In this document: in pieces, positions 13,690-26,984 of the stretch
Position numbering within the stretch: the stretch's first letter is position 1
Layout of the letters: each line of letters starts with the position of its first letter
Origin: Scyliorhinus canicula
Taxonomy: Eukaryota
DNA length: 64,000 nt
Reading direction: 5' to 3'
NCBI RefSeq assembly: GCF_902713615.1
Contig: NC_052146.1
Coordinates: forward strand, 23,550,234 to 23,614,233
Position numbers and translations under genes: made by a program
The notes under the pieces: generated by a model
The model's database searches: none
What the model was told of the DNA's origin: nothing
What the model saw: the letters and a program-made list of their open reading frames with translations, nothing else

Positions 13690-14380
13690 GAAAGGGATAA
13701 TTCTGTGAGTGTGACTACATGCATGCAGGAACAGAGGGACCTGGGGGTATATGTGCATAAATCACTGAAAATGGCAGGCCAGGTTGAGGAAGCATACAAG
13801 ATTCTGGGTTTTATAAATAGAGGCATTGAATACAAAAGTAAGAACATTGTGATAAATCTGTATAAAGTACTGGTTACTCCTCTAGAGTATTGCAGCACAC
13901 TTTAGAAAGGATGTGAAGGGTGCAGAAAGTATTCATGTGAACTGTTCCAGGGATTAAGAACGTCAGTTATATGAATAGATTGCATAAACTGGAGCTGTTC
14001 TCCTGGAAGACGGTTGACAGAAGACTTGATAAACGTATTGAAAATCACAAGTGGTCTGGATGGAATAGATAGGGAGAAAATGTTTCCATTGGTGCAAGTG
14101 TCTAAAACCAGAAGACACCAATTTAAGGCAAGTGGCAAATGAAGCACTGGCAACAGGAGGGAAAATCAGCTAGTGGTTCGGATCTGGAAAGAACCGCCTC
14201 AGTGTGTGGCTGGCTGAGCCAGATTCAACTGTGACTTTCAACGGGAATCGGATAATTATCTGAAGAGAAAAGATTTGCAGGGCTATGAGAAATGGCAAGA
14301 GAATGGAATTTGGCGAGTTGCTCTTGCAGAGCCAAAATGAACACAACTTCCCTTCCGTGCTGTAACCATTCTGTGATGTC
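13690..14380 (+). mobile_element. Old CR1 LINE 3' remnant
   Basis: QRDLGVYVHKSLK..GFINRGIEYKSK..LYKVLV matches the C-terminus of the intact CR1 RT at 43430-43620. Confidence 0.75.
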
Positions 14381-14715
14381 ATGTCAGGCTGTTGCTTGAC
14401 TCATCTGTGAGGAAGATCTGCCACTTTTGACAGAAGTTGTCCCCGATCATAGTGAGGACATTGCAGGGTCGAATTGGGTGGCTGCATCTTTGCAGCATGT
14501 GACACCTAGGTCAAGTTGTACCAAATAAAAAGATGGACCAATCAGCATGGACCAGGTATCAGATTCAGACACAAAATGGACACAGTGTAGTTGACAATTC
14601 AAAACCATCCTCACTTATATCTGGGGACTTGTGCAAAGATTGGGAGACCCAGCACGCAGGCTAGTCAAAGCTGACAGTCATACCCATCAAATTATTTGCT
14701 GGCTCAGGCCTCTCA

Positions 14716-15050
14716 GGGGTGGCACGGTAGCACAGTGGTTAGCACTGTTGCTTCACAGCACCAGGGTCCCAAGCTCGATTCCCGGCTTGAGTCATTGACT
14801 GTGCAGAGTCTGCATGTTCTTCCCATGTTTGCGTAGGTTTCCTCTGGCTGCCACCTCCCACCAGTCCAAATATGTGCAGGTTCTGTGGGTTGGTCATTGT
14901 AATTGCCTTTAATGTCCAAAAGAAAGGTTAGGTGAGGTCACTGGGATAGGGTGGAGGTGTGGGCTTAAATAGGGTGCACTTTACAAGGGCCAGTGTAGAC
15001 TCGATGGGCTGAATGGCCTCCTTCTGCACTGTAAATTCTATGGTTCTATG
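14716..15050 (+). mobile_element. HE1-like SINE
   Basis: Head, core and CTGCACTGTAAATTCTATG tail. Confidence 0.85.
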
Positions 15051-15120
15051 AACATCCTATCCCACTGGCAAGTAGCCCACCAAATTCCAGAATTATACCA
15101 AATTCAAACATGACAGACAA

Positions 15121-17130
15121 GGACTTCCAGTGGCAACCATGGTGTGAGTGGTCACACACAGGGCAGCTCCTGCTTGAAAGCAGAGAAAAGAGCTCTTTTT
15201 ACCCGATATTGGGTGCAATTTCGACAGAAAGGTGTGGTTCAAGGTCGGAAAAGTAGTTTCCCCGGGAGTAATATGTCCGGTGGTTACCAAACCCGGCAGA
15301 AAGTGAAATACCTGGCCAGTTCGAGAAGGCAGAACCTGCAGATGGTGGGCCTGCCTAAGGTGCGAATGCCACGAGGTATATGTAGAGGATGCTGGCGGGG
15401 CTAGTGGCGGAGCAGGTGCCGGATAAGGACCCTGAAGTGGACAGTGTGCACAGGTCTCTGAGGCAGAAGCCCAGATCAGGGGAGCAATTGTGGGCAGCGA
15501 TTGTGAGACTCGAAAGTTTGTGGAGAAAGAGAAGATCTAGCAGTGGGCCAGGGAGAAGCGCAACTGTGAATGGGAAGAGAACAAGGTCAGAATATATCAG
15601 GACATTGGAGCTAAGCTGGCAAAATGGCGTACAGGGTTCAACAAGGCCACGGTGGTGCTATATCGGCAGCAGATCAGGTTTGGGGTGCTTTACCCAGCAA
15701 AATTATGGGTGATGTATGAAGGCCAGGAATATTACTTTGAGACTCCAGATGCGGCAGAGAGGACTTCATCAAGGAGCATAAACTGGGGGAGAACCAAATT
15801 GAACAATTCTGGGAGACTGAGGTGCTTTGAAATGATTGGGAATACGGTAGAGTGGGGGTGGGTTCTTTTCCTCTGATCTGGAGGGGGTTCTTTTTCGTGT
15901 TTGTTATTTACTGTTGGGTTGACAAAGTGTAGCAAGGTTGAAAAGTTTGTGGGGGGATGGCTGTCCCCATTCCCCCCTCTCCTGTTTCCTAGGGCTGTGT
16001 GTGTTTTATCTCTCTCTTGTTTGCTTGCTTTTGGGGAAGGTGACCTGGAGTTCAGCAGGAGTCTTTGTTTGGGTGGGGGAGGGCATGGTCAGCGGGGAGC
16101 CTTCTTCACTGAGCAGAGTCGGGGGGGGGGGGGGGGGGGGGGGGGGGGAAAGAGAGAGAGAGAGAGAGCCTTTGGGCAGGGGCAGCCACGCTAGCAAGTA
16201 ATGCTGGTGAACGGAAGTGAGGTGGGGGGGAATGCCAAGAGAGGTGGCCATCGGGGACGAGGAGGGAAAGAGAGAGAGGGGATAGGCAGGGCGACGCAAC
16301 GAGGCAAGGTGGGAAGAGACATGGTCACGGGCCGAGAAGGGGGCCATCTTGGAAGGACCGAGCACTGGGTGGAATTAATGGGGCTATAGCTAGAAGGGGA
16401 GGATGACAGATGGTAGACAGCAATGGAGAAGGAAGCCTCTGGGAAGGCTGATAACGTGGAACATGCGAGGGATCAACGGACCAGTTAAAAGATCTCGGGT
16501 TTTTGCGCACCTCAGGAACTTTAAAGTGTATGTGGTCTTTCTGCAGGAGACACACCTTTGTGTGAAGGACCAGGTTAGACTAAGGAAGGGATTGGTTGGT
16601 CAAGGTTTCAACTCGCCATTTGTTCAAGGTTGCGGTGGTTGGCAATTTTGATGAGCATGAAAACAGGGTTTGTGAGCATGAAGGAAGTGAGGGACCCAGG
16701 CGGGAAATATGTGATTGCGCGTGGGGTATTAGAAGGGACGCCGGTGGTGTTGGTGAATGTGTATGCACCTACCAGCCTCCCCGAACAGGCGGCAAAATGT
16801 GGCGACTAGGGGCTTTTCACAGTAACTTAATTTGAAGCTTACTTGTGACAATAAGCGATTTTCATTTTCATTTCATTTTTCACCTACTTGGGATGATGTA
16901 GGTTTTATGAGGGGATTTCTGGCAGTAATCCAGGACTTGGTCATGCACCAGTTGATTATGGGAGGGTATTTTAACTGTGTCCTAGAGCCGAGGGTGAATA
17001 GGTCGAGCCCCAGGTCGATGGGTAGGATATGAATGCCGAAGAAGCTGGGTGAGCTTATGGATAAGGTGGGTATGGTGGACCCGTGGCCCTTCAAAAACCC
17101 AGGGGGAAGGGAGTATTTATTTTTTTCACA
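15121..17130 (+). mobile_element. 5' part of an old L1/Tx1-like LINE (5' motif, ORF1 remnant, spacer, endonuclease start)
   Basis: 5' motif at 15121; FGVLYPAKLWVMYEG (ORF1 C-terminus); RLITWNMRGINGPVKRSRVF, VVFLQETHL, IMGGYFNCVL (endonuclease). Confidence 0.8.
16762..16880 (+). mobile_element. 3' part of a second SINE family ((CATTT)n tail), inserted in the L1
   Basis: CCAGCCTCCCCGAACAGGCGGCAAAATGTGGCGACTAGGGGC...GATTTTCATTTTCATTT; other copies at 26719-26868, 56120-56215, 60360-60560. Confidence 0.75.
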
Positions 17131-19589
17131 TTTATACACATTTCAGTCAAATTGCAAACCACTTTAAATTATAACAGAAATTCTTTCCTGGCTGTGAAAT
17201 GCTTTGACATTCCAGTAACATTTGACTATCAAATGATTCTATCTTCGAAGGCCAATCATTATTTGCTTAGTGACTCAATTAATTCAAATTTAGAGGTGAT
17301 TTAGAGGCTGTGATGGAGTAAAATGGAGGTAGTTAGGCAAAAGTGCGGAGCTGCTTTGCCGATGAATATGCATCTCAGGTAGTTTATCTCGGGGGAAACG
17401 TGGAACCCACCCGCTGGCAGCTGGGAACTAACCAAGGTGGATAATTAGGAAATTCTAACAGCAATCTTCCACCAACTTCACATTTTGGTAACTCAGAGGA
17501 GTTTACTGTTGGTGAGAGGTTGGAATGCCAATTCAAGGGTTTCCAATCTTAAATGGCAAAAAAATGGCACGGTCGATGTCTTCGGCTGGCAGAGGCTTGC
17601 CATTGTGAGAACCTTCTGGAGACCAATGCCTCCAATAAACCTGAAGTGATGCAGTGGTTGTTATATTCTTGATAGCTAGTTGGTAAAGGAAAACTCACAG
17701 CCAGTCTTTATTTGAAATAGATTTATTCACAAAGTGAAACATGACAGGTATGTCTACTAACTCCACCGACCCTTGCATCAGTACGTCTCTTTATATGTGC
17801 TCATGTCACCATTCAATCAATGCCCTCAACTCAATTAATACAATTAACAACTATATTCAGACTGATCAGGCTGTCATCACATCTCTCGCAATCCTGCTGC
17901 ATTCCCCTTAGTAGCACTCATTGCTGATAATGAAAGCTGTTAGTTGCCCTTTCAATGGGGAATTGACCTCATGATTCCGTAGGCTGCTTGCCACCCCTAA
18001 TTGGATGGCAATCCAGAGATGGGTTCTTAATTGTTTTCCTTCTGGAAGAATAAACTGACCTAAATCTGCTGCTGTAAAATGTGGCAAGGACCAAAAAATG
18101 AGTCTGCTGGCTGAAATATTCTGCCTTCTATCACTGATGGTCAAGCCATTGTGATACACATTAGAGGTATTTTTTAAAGTTTGTGCTTAGGGGAAATCGC
18201 ATCCATAGGATTAATACATGTCTTCCATAGATATGGTAAAAGTGTTAAAGGAGGATCCTGCTACAAGAATCTGCATATTTCCTCAATACGTCAATTCTCC
18301 AAGAAGTCAAAGACAAGGTAAACGTTACTTCATTACTCATTTATAAGTTGTGGGCACAAGGCCAGCGTTTATTGCTGATCTTTGATTACCCTTGAGAAGG
18401 TGCCTTCTTGAAGCGCCGCCGTCATACTTTGTGTGATGAAGGTTGACCTATATTGAAAGTGCTGCTAGGGACGGAGTTCAAGGATTTTGACTCAGTGACA
18501 GTGAAAAAAATTACAATATATTTTCAAGTCAGAATGGTGTGTGACTTGAAGATTACAGAGCTCACTGCTCTTCTTCTTAGTGGTACAGGCCACGGGTATA
18601 AGATTTCCTATAATGTACTTTGTAGATAGGAGGCGCTGGTAGTGAAGAACGATTGCTTAACGTGGTGGGTGGTGCCTAACTGTGGAAGGGAAGTTAATGT
18701 GAGGATTAGTTGCCCGCTTAGAGAATACATTAATATTAGTTCCTATTAAAGAAAAGACACTTGCTAACGCACGCTTGACTATATTTTAACACTGCTTTTG
18801 AATGAAAATAAGGTCAGGTAACGTAAACAAAATACTGCTTAGTATTTTGGACTCTGCCTTATTATGATAACACATTGTCCTCTGAAAGATAACAAATGTG
18901 TACGAGAATTGTTTTTAAACCAAGGGCAAAACATTCACATTCATATTTCCTCATGCGTATGTTCCCAAAGTTTTATCTCTTCAAAGTTAGTGTGAATATT
19001 TCACACTAAATATAATAGTTTACAACTGTATAATTCAGAGTACTGTGGAATGGCTATTTAGCCAGACTACGGCCCTCTCTGCAAATATTTGTGTCAAATA
19101 AATTTCCCGAATCGAAGCTCGAAGAATTTGTCTTTATTATAATTTCCACGAGACAAACAAATACATTTCTTTGCCCTGGATAATGTTGAGTTCTGAAGAG
19201 TTGAACCCAACCAAGTGGAAATTATTCTATTACACTCCTGATTTGTGCCTTGTAGATGGTGGGAAGGTTTTCTGGTGTCAGGAGTTACCATGGAATACCT
19301 AGCCCCTGACCCATTCTTACTTCCGCGGTATTTAGTCGAAAAAGTATAGTTTCTAAATCAATGATAACCACCAAGATGTTGATGGTGGGGAAATTCAATG
19401 ACGGGGACGCTGTTTTGAAGATAAGAAATCTAACAATTTTCTACATTTAACACAAATAAAAACTTGATGAAATTGCTTACATGAGAGGCTGCTGGGAAGT
19501 TCTCTCAGCCAGAGTCAGACAGGGCACACAGGGCCTTGAGGCCGAAGCTGCGACAGAATGGGCCACTTTAAGTACTGATCATTTGGCTT

Positions 19590-20974
19590 CACAGCTTCCA
19601 AAGGAATGAGGGGGTCCTGGAATGGGCCAAGAAAGCATCAACTGGGATGGTAACCCGGTAATAATTTACCAAGACAATGGCATGGAACTCGTGAAGCAAC
19701 GGGTGGCTTTAATAAGGTGAAGACGTTCCTTTCAATTGAGGAGTCCAGTTTGGGGTGGTGTACCCAGCAAAGCTAAGAGTCACGTTTGACTCAAAGGACT
19801 TATTATTTTGATACTCCGGAGCAAGAGGGTGACTTTATCACAAATCAAGAGCTGGGCATGTGAGGGATGCAGTTTGGCTGTTGGATGGTTGAGGTTTAAA
19901 TATTTTATTTTCATTTTGTTACGAGTTGAGTTGGGGTAATGGTAGAGCTGTTTGGATGGGGGTGTATCCTCTGTTCTGTTTTTCATGATTATCCTTCTGG
20001 AGTAGTCGTTTGGACAGTGGGGGGGGGGGGGGGGGGGGACGACTCGAGGTTGAATTACACACGTCTGGTGGAGATCAAGGCGGCCTGCAAAGATAGGACA
20101 GTCTCCCATTATCCCTGGTGGGCTGAGTAGAATCAGTTAAGATGAACATCTTGCCAAGATTTTTATTTCAGTGCCTGCCTATATTCCTGCCCAAGGCGTT
20201 CTTTAAAGAGATTGACCGGCTGGTGACTGATTTTATTTGATCTGGTAAGGGCCAGAGGATCAGGGGGATTGTATTCTAGAGGGAGACACAAGTAGAGGGC
20301 TTGACGTTGCCAAACTTTCAATACTACTACTGGGCAGCTAATGCTGAAAAGGTGCTAGAGTGGTGCAAGGATTCAGAAGGGCTTTGGGTCCGGGTGGAAG
20401 CAGACTCTGAGGGGGACAAGCCTAGAAGCATTGGTAAAAAGAAATACTCGACTAACCCGGTGGTAGTAGCCACGTTAAAAATTGAGGGATGGGGTGCAGC
20501 GGTTAGCACTGGGACTGCAGCGCTGAGGACCCGGGCTCGAATCCCAGCCCTGGGTCACTGTCTGCGTGGAGTTTGCACATTCTCCCCATGTCTGCGTGGG
20601 TTTCACCCCCACAACCCAAAGATGTGCTGGTTAGGTGGATTGGTCACGCTAAATTGCCCCTTAATTGGACAAAAAGAATTGGATACTCTAAATGTTTTGT
20701 TTTTTTAAATGGAGGCAACACCGTCAACATTTTAATTGGAGCACTGCCTCAAGGCCTTATCTGTGGAAACCAGCTATTGGAGTCTGCTAGGTTGCACGCG
20801 AGGTTTAGGAGTGGAAGGAAACGTGTTTGGAGAAGGTGGGAGACTTAGAGGGTTGGTTTGGGAGCCTGGGGGAACTGAAGGAAAAATATGGGCTTACAGA
20901 CGCTGATGGGTTGAGGTATCTCCAGGTACGTAGTTGGGTCAAAAAATAAGCAGCCTTCTACCTTGCTCAAGAGG
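19590..20974 (+). mobile_element. L1/Tx1-like LINE fragments with an A-tailed SINE inserted at ~20490-20710
   Basis: ORF1 C-terminal and RT-downstream motifs (LTLPNFQYYYWAAN); SINE head and tail visible. Confidence 0.7.
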
Positions 20975-21474
20975 NNNNNNNNNNNNNNNNNNNNNNNNNN
21001 NNNNNNNNNNNNNNNNNNNNNNNNNNNNNNNNNNNNNNNNNNNNNNNNNNNNNNNNNNNNNNNNNNNNNNNNNNNNNNNNNNNNNNNNNNNNNNNNNNNN
21101 NNNNNNNNNNNNNNNNNNNNNNNNNNNNNNNNNNNNNNNNNNNNNNNNNNNNNNNNNNNNNNNNNNNNNNNNNNNNNNNNNNNNNNNNNNNNNNNNNNNN
21201 NNNNNNNNNNNNNNNNNNNNNNNNNNNNNNNNNNNNNNNNNNNNNNNNNNNNNNNNNNNNNNNNNNNNNNNNNNNNNNNNNNNNNNNNNNNNNNNNNNNN
21301 NNNNNNNNNNNNNNNNNNNNNNNNNNNNNNNNNNNNNNNNNNNNNNNNNNNNNNNNNNNNNNNNNNNNNNNNNNNNNNNNNNNNNNNNNNNNNNNNNNNN
21401 NNNNNNNNNNNNNNNNNNNNNNNNNNNNNNNNNNNNNNNNNNNNNNNNNNNNNNNNNNNNNNNNNNNNNNNNNN
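20975..21474. other. Assembly gap (500 N), followed by a C-rich low-complexity tract at 21475-21610
   Basis: Run of N counted from coordinates; the round size suggests a scaffolding placeholder. Confidence 0.99.
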
Positions 21475-21609
21475 CTCCCTCCCCTCCCCTCCACGTCACC
21501 TCCTCCCCCACTCCCCCTCCCTACCCCCCCCTCCCCTACCCTCCCATCCCTACCCTCCTGCCCCTCCTCCTCCCTCCCTCCCCTCCCTCCCTCCCTCCCC
21601 CTCCCCCAA

Positions 21610-22710
21610 GCGATGGCGGGGAAATAGAAAATGCGCTAGTGGTAATTTACCAAAATTCGCTGGACTCTGGGGCGGTCCCGGCAGATTGAAAACCGCAAAT
21701 GTTCAGGGTAATGCATTAATTGATAGAGGATTGGTTAACTAACAGAAAGCAAAGAGTGGAGATAAATGGGGGGTTTTCTGGTTGGTGATCAGTGGCTAGT
21801 GGTGTGCCTCGGGGATCAGTTTTGGGACCAAAATTGTTTACAATTTACATGGATGATGTGGAGTTGGGGGACCAAGTGTAATGTGTCAAAGTTGGCAGAT
21901 GACACTCAGATGAGTGGTAAAGTGTGCAGAGAACACAAAGTTTCCAGAGTTTAAGTTTGTGGGCAAGGGTCTGGCAGATGGAGTACAATGTTAGTAAATT
22001 AGAGGTCATCCATTTTGGAATAACAGCAAAATGGACTATTATTTAGACGGTAAAAAAATTGCAGCATGCTGCTGTGTAGAGGGATCTACGTATCCTTGTG
22101 CATGAATTGCAAAAAGTTGGTTTGCAGGTGCAGCAAGTAATTAAGGCAAATTTAATGTTGTCCTTCATTGCTAGAGGGAGGGAGTTTAAAATCCGGGAGG
22201 TTATGTTGCAGCTGTATAGATTTCATAGAATAGAATTTACAGTGCAGAAGGCGGCCATTCGGCCCATAGAGTCTGCACTGGCTCTTGGAAAGAACACCCT
22301 ACCCAAGGTCAACACCTCCACCCCATCCCCATAATCCAGCAACCCCACCCAACACTAAGGGCAATTTTGAACACTTAAGGGCAATTTATCATGGCCAATC
22401 CACCTAACCTGCACATCTTTGGACTGTGGGAGGAAACCGGAGCACCCGGAGGAAACCCACGCACACACGGGGAGGATGTGCAGACAGTGACCCAAGCCAG
22501 AATCGAACCTGGGACCCTGGAGCTGTGAAGCGATTGTGCTATCCACAATGCTACCGTGCTGCCCTTAACAGGGTGAGGGAGCTGTATAGGGTGCTGGTGA
22601 GGCCACACCTGGAGTAAGGTGTACAGATTTGGTCTCCTTGATTGAGAAAGGATGTACTGGCACTGGAGGGGTGCAGAGGAGATTCACTAGGCTGTTGAGA
22701 GGATTGGCTG
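21610..22710 (+). mobile_element. CR1 LINE RT fragment interrupted by an HE1-like SINE (~22222-22566, minus strand)
   Basis: IYQNSLDSGAVPAD, SKLADDT, MLSFIARG..MLQLYR motifs; GCTGTATAG occurs on both sides of the SINE. Confidence 0.8.
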
Positions 22711-22729
22711 AATGATGATCATCTTTATT

Positions 22730-23185
22730 AGTGTCACAAGTAGGCTTACATTAACACTGCAATGAAGTTACTGTGAAAATCCCTTTGTCGCCACACTCCA
22801 GCGCCTGTTTTGGTACACTGAGGGAGAATTTGGAATGTTCAATTCACCGAACAAGCACGTCTTTGGGCGGCAGGGTGGAGCAGTAGTTAGCACTGCTGCC
22901 TACGGCGCTGAGGACCCGGGTTGGATCCCGGTCCTGGGTCACTGTTTGTGTGGAGTTTGCACATTCTCCCCATGTCTGCATGGGTTTCACCCCCACAACC
23001 CAAATATGTGCAGATTAGGTGGATTGATCACGCTATATTGCCCCTTCATTGGGAAAAAAAAATAATTGGGTACTCTTAAGTTTATTTTTTTTAAAACAAG
23101 CACATCCTTTGGGACTTGAGAGGAAACCGGAGCGCCCGGAGGAAACCTATGCAGGCAAGGGGAGAACGTGCAGACTCTGCACGTT
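22730..23185 (-). mobile_element. SINE containing a nested plus-strand A-tailed SINE (22868-23094)
   Basis: Near-identical flanking duplication AACAAGCAC(G/A)TC(C)TTTGGG at 22850-22867 and 23095-23113. Confidence 0.8.
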
Positions 23186-25260
23186 TGTAACATGGAAGGT
23201 ACGGGGACTGATCGGGCCGGTGAAGAGGTCCCGAGTCTTCGCGCACTTGAGCTTGAAGCCAGGGATGGTCTTTCTGCAGGAGATGCATCTCCGGGTGAAG
23301 GATCAAGTTAGGTTGAGAAAGGGATGGGCTGTTCAGGTATTTCCCTTGGGGTTTGTTTCAAAGTCGTGGTGGTGGCCATCCTGAGCAAAAGGGTGGGGTT
23401 TTTAGGTGCCAAGGAAGTGCGGGATGCAGGTGGGAGATTCGTGAGCGGGGTGTTGGAGGGGATGCCGGTGGTGTTAGTGAACGTTTACCCACCGAATCCG
23501 GACGACATTGGGTTTGTGAAGAGGTTGCTGAGAATGATTTTGGACCTGGACACACATCAGTTGATTATGGGGGGTGATTTTAATTGTGTGCTAGAACTGA
23601 GATTGGACAGGTTGAGCCCTAATTCAGTGAGAAGACTGAGGATGGCGAAAGAGCTGTGAGGATTTATGGGAATGGTGAATCTGTGGAGGTTTAGGAACCT
23701 GAGGGAGAGGGGGTACACGCCAGAATTGATGTTTTTGTAGTGAGCCGAGCAGTGTGGTGAGGGTGGAGTATGCGGGAATCGTGATCTCAGATCATGTGCC
23801 ACACTAGCTGGAAGACAGGCTTAGTTCAAATCAGAAGCTGAAGCCGGAATGGAGGTTAAATTCGGGGATTTTGGCGGACAAGGGATTTCTGTGAGAAGGT
23901 GCAGTCAGTGATCAGAGACTATGTGGAGTTGAATCAGAATGGGGAGGTAACCTCGTTCAAGACGCACAGAGATAGGAGGGAGGAGTATGGACGGTTGTTG
24001 GACGAGATAGTCTAGGTGGACAGGAAATATTTGTGTGCCCCCACCAGGGAGGGGAAAGGTTACGGGGCTGATCAATAGGTTGATGACTGGGAAGGAAGTG
24101 AGGCAGCTATAGAGGGCGAGGGTGCAGTATGAATATGAAGAGAAGGCGAGCTGTATGCTAGCCTATTAGCTACGGAGGTAGGCCGCATCCAGGGAAATTC
24201 TGAGTGTATGGACAGGGAAGGGGGAGGTAGTATTGGAGCCGGGGAAGATTAACGGGGCGTTCGGGTAGTACTATGAGAAGTTATATAGGGCTGATCCGGG
24301 TGGTGAGGTAAGGGATATGGGGTGGTTTATGGATGAGTTGGAATTCCCAAGGCTGGACGATGAGAGCAGGCAGGTGCTGGAGGAATCACTAGGGGTGAGA
24401 GATGTGATGGATAGTATAAAAGGGATGAAGTCGGGAAGGTCCCGGGGTCGGATGGTTACCCGGCGGAATTCTATAAGGAGTTCATGACGGAATTAGCATC
24501 ACATTTATTTGGGTTGTTTGGCGAGGCGCTGGAGAAGGGGGAGTGCTGGAGACACTAACCCAGGCGCGATCACACTAATCCCGAAGAAAGGGAAGGACCC
24601 GTTGGAGTGTGGGTCATACAGACCAATATCAATGTTAAACACGGATGTGAACGTTGGTGGCAGGGAGGAGGAAGGATGTGTTCCTGGGGTTGTCGTGGAG
24701 GACCAAACGGGTTTCATAAAGGGCAGGCAGCTTTCCAGTAACATTAGGTGGTTATTAAATGTGATTGTGACCCCGTCGAAGGGACGGGTGCCGGAGGTAG
24801 TGGTCTCTGTGGACACCGGCTTTTGACTGGCTGGATACACTAGAGAGGTTCGGAGTTTCTCGGGCTATAAGCGGAATGTCAGAAAGAGTGAGGTATTTCC
24901 GGTTAATGCGGCGGGTCAGGGAACCAATATTGGGGTCTTGCCATTTAGGGTTGCTAGGGACAAGTTTAGATTTATCGGGGTTCAGGTGATGGAGGAGTGG
25001 ATGACGATGCACAAATGGAACCTGACAAAGTTGGTGGAGGAGGTTAGGGAGGACTTTAGGAGATGGGATACGTTACACCTGACGCTGGTGGGGAGGGTCC
25101 AGGTGTTAGGTAAAAATGAACGTTCTGCCAAGGTTCCTGTTGCACTACTGCTGGGCAGCGAATGCAAAGAAGGTGAGGCGGTGGTGGGAAGGAGAAGGGT
25201 TAGAGTGGATTAGGATGGAGGCGGAGTCGTGGAGGGGGTCAAGCCTGAGGGCGTCCGCTG
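23186..25260 (+). mobile_element. Degenerate L1/Tx1-like ORF2 (endonuclease to RT)
   Basis: TWKVRGLIGPVKRSRVF, VNVYPPNPDD, GGDFNCVL, YRPISMLNTD, DQTGFIKGRQL. Confidence 0.85.
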
Positions 25261-25269
25261 TCACCATGG

Positions 25270-26670
25270 CCTTCATTGGGGGAGTGGGCCTAGGAGAGTG
25301 CTCTTTCAGAGGGCCGGTGCAGACTCAATTTGCCGAATGGCCTCCTTTGCGCTGTAGGGATTCTATGGAGATATGATGGAAGGGTTCAAAATAGAGCTCT
25401 GGACAGAGTAGATAGAGAGAAACAGTTCCATTGGTGGAAGGATTGAGAACAAGAGGACATAATTTTAAGCCGATTGGCAAAATAAACCATGGCGGAATGA
25501 GAACCTTTGTACACAGCAAGTGGTCAGGATCTAGCATACACTTCCTGAGGAGAAGAGTCCATCGTGGTTTTCAAAGATGGGTCATTATCTGAAGAAAAAC
25601 CTTTTGTTGGGCTATGGGGAAAAGGCAGGGGAATGGCTTTAGGTCAGTTCTTGCAGAGTCAGCATGAACACATTGTGCTCCTAAGCTGCCTCGTCTGCTG
25701 CAACCAATGATTCTATGGCTCTTCATTCAATGACTATGCTGGAAGTGTCTTATGGGTGAATACATCTTTGAAGGTAGCTAGTCCAGTTTAGAAAATTCTT
25801 TGAAACGGCATGAGGGATTCTTGGGTTTGTTTATAAAGGCATGGAGCACAAAAGCAAGAAAACTAGGCTAAATAAAGCACTGATTAGATCCTAGCTGGAG
25901 TATTTTGGTCAATTCTGAATACCACACTTTAGGAAGGATATGAAGACATTGAGAAAGTATAGAGGAGATTTGCTAGAATTAAACCATAATGAAGGACTCA
26001 GTTATGTGGATGGACTGGAAAAAGTATACTTGTTTTCATTTGAAGAGAGAAAGTTGAAGGCATATTTGATAGAAGTGTTCAAAATCATGAAGAGCTTTGA
26101 CAGAATAAGTAATGAGAACATTTTTTTAAAATTCATGTGAGCATCGATGGCTGGGCCAGCATTTATTGCCCATCCTGAATTGTCCTTGAACTGAGTGGCT
26201 TGCTGCCCATTTCAGGGGCAGTTAAGAGTCAATGACATTGCTGTGGGTCTGGAGTCACATGCAGGCCAGACTCATTAGACTTTTCATTTCAGATTTTTAT
26301 TGAATTCAAATGTCACCATTTGCCATGATGGGATTTGAATCAGAGTCCCCAGTGCCATCTCTGGATTACTAGTCCAGTGACAACCCCTTCCCATCCTGTT
26401 TCCAGTGGCAGAAGGTTTGATAACAAGAGAACACTAATTTAAGGCAATTGGCAGAAGAACCAGAGGTGACACAAGGGAAAGACTTTTGTAACCAGTTGTG
26501 ATCTGGAATGCACTGCCTGATGGTGTTGACTGATTCAGACTTAGAAAAATAATTGAAGTGGAAAAATCTGCATGGGGAAAAAGCTGGGGAATGGAGACTT
26601 TGGATAGCTCTTTCAAAGAGATGCCACAGGCACAATGGACCAAATGGCCTCCTCCTACACTATGAACTGT
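25270..26670 (+). mobile_element. Cluster of SINE tail, CR1 3' remnants and a LINE-tail fragment
   Basis: HE1 tail at 25320-25375; LFSFEERKLKAYLIEVFKIMK (CR1 RT C-terminus) at ~26030. Confidence 0.6.
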
Positions 26671-26718
26671 GTTCAGTTAGAATGCAAGTGGCTAAAATTA
26701 AGTTAATATGTGCGTCAT

Positions 26719-26868
26719 GAAATGAAAATCGCTTATTGTCACGAGTAGGCTTCAATGAAGTTACTGTGAAAAGCCCCTAGTCGCCACATTCCGGCTCCTG
26801 TCCGGGGAGGCTGGTACGGGAATCGAACCGTGCTGCTGGCCTGCTTGGTCTGCTTTGGATGGTCAAAT
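26719..26868 (-). mobile_element. Second-family SINE ((CATTT)n tail)
   Basis: GAAATGAAAATCGCTTATTGTCACGAGTAGGC...GGGAATCGAACC (B-box on minus strand). Confidence 0.8.
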
Positions 26869-26984
26869 TTTGGTAACTGGCATAGTCGTTTAAATGAATG
26901 CATTTCCTTGAATATTGTCTGATGTTGGGGTTCTTTCTGTCGGTGCTGTGTGTGGTTCATGTGCCATGTTTAATCTGTCCACAG

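Noticed and set aside
16123-16170. Poly-G/poly-C runs and (AG)n tracts here and elsewhere (9295, 20028, 41457, 62975) as G-quadruplex regulatory elements
   Set aside because: They lie inside TEs (one is the Gypsy PPT), and homopolymer lengths are unreliable in long-read assemblies.
17625-17670. TNASNKPEVMQW as ALDH2 exon 1 end (resembles PNQQPEV)
   Set aside because: No initiator or targeting-peptide context, no donor at the right position, and a stop follows.
20934-21742. 175-259-aa ORFs spanning the N run
   Set aside because: Artefacts of translating the assembly gap.
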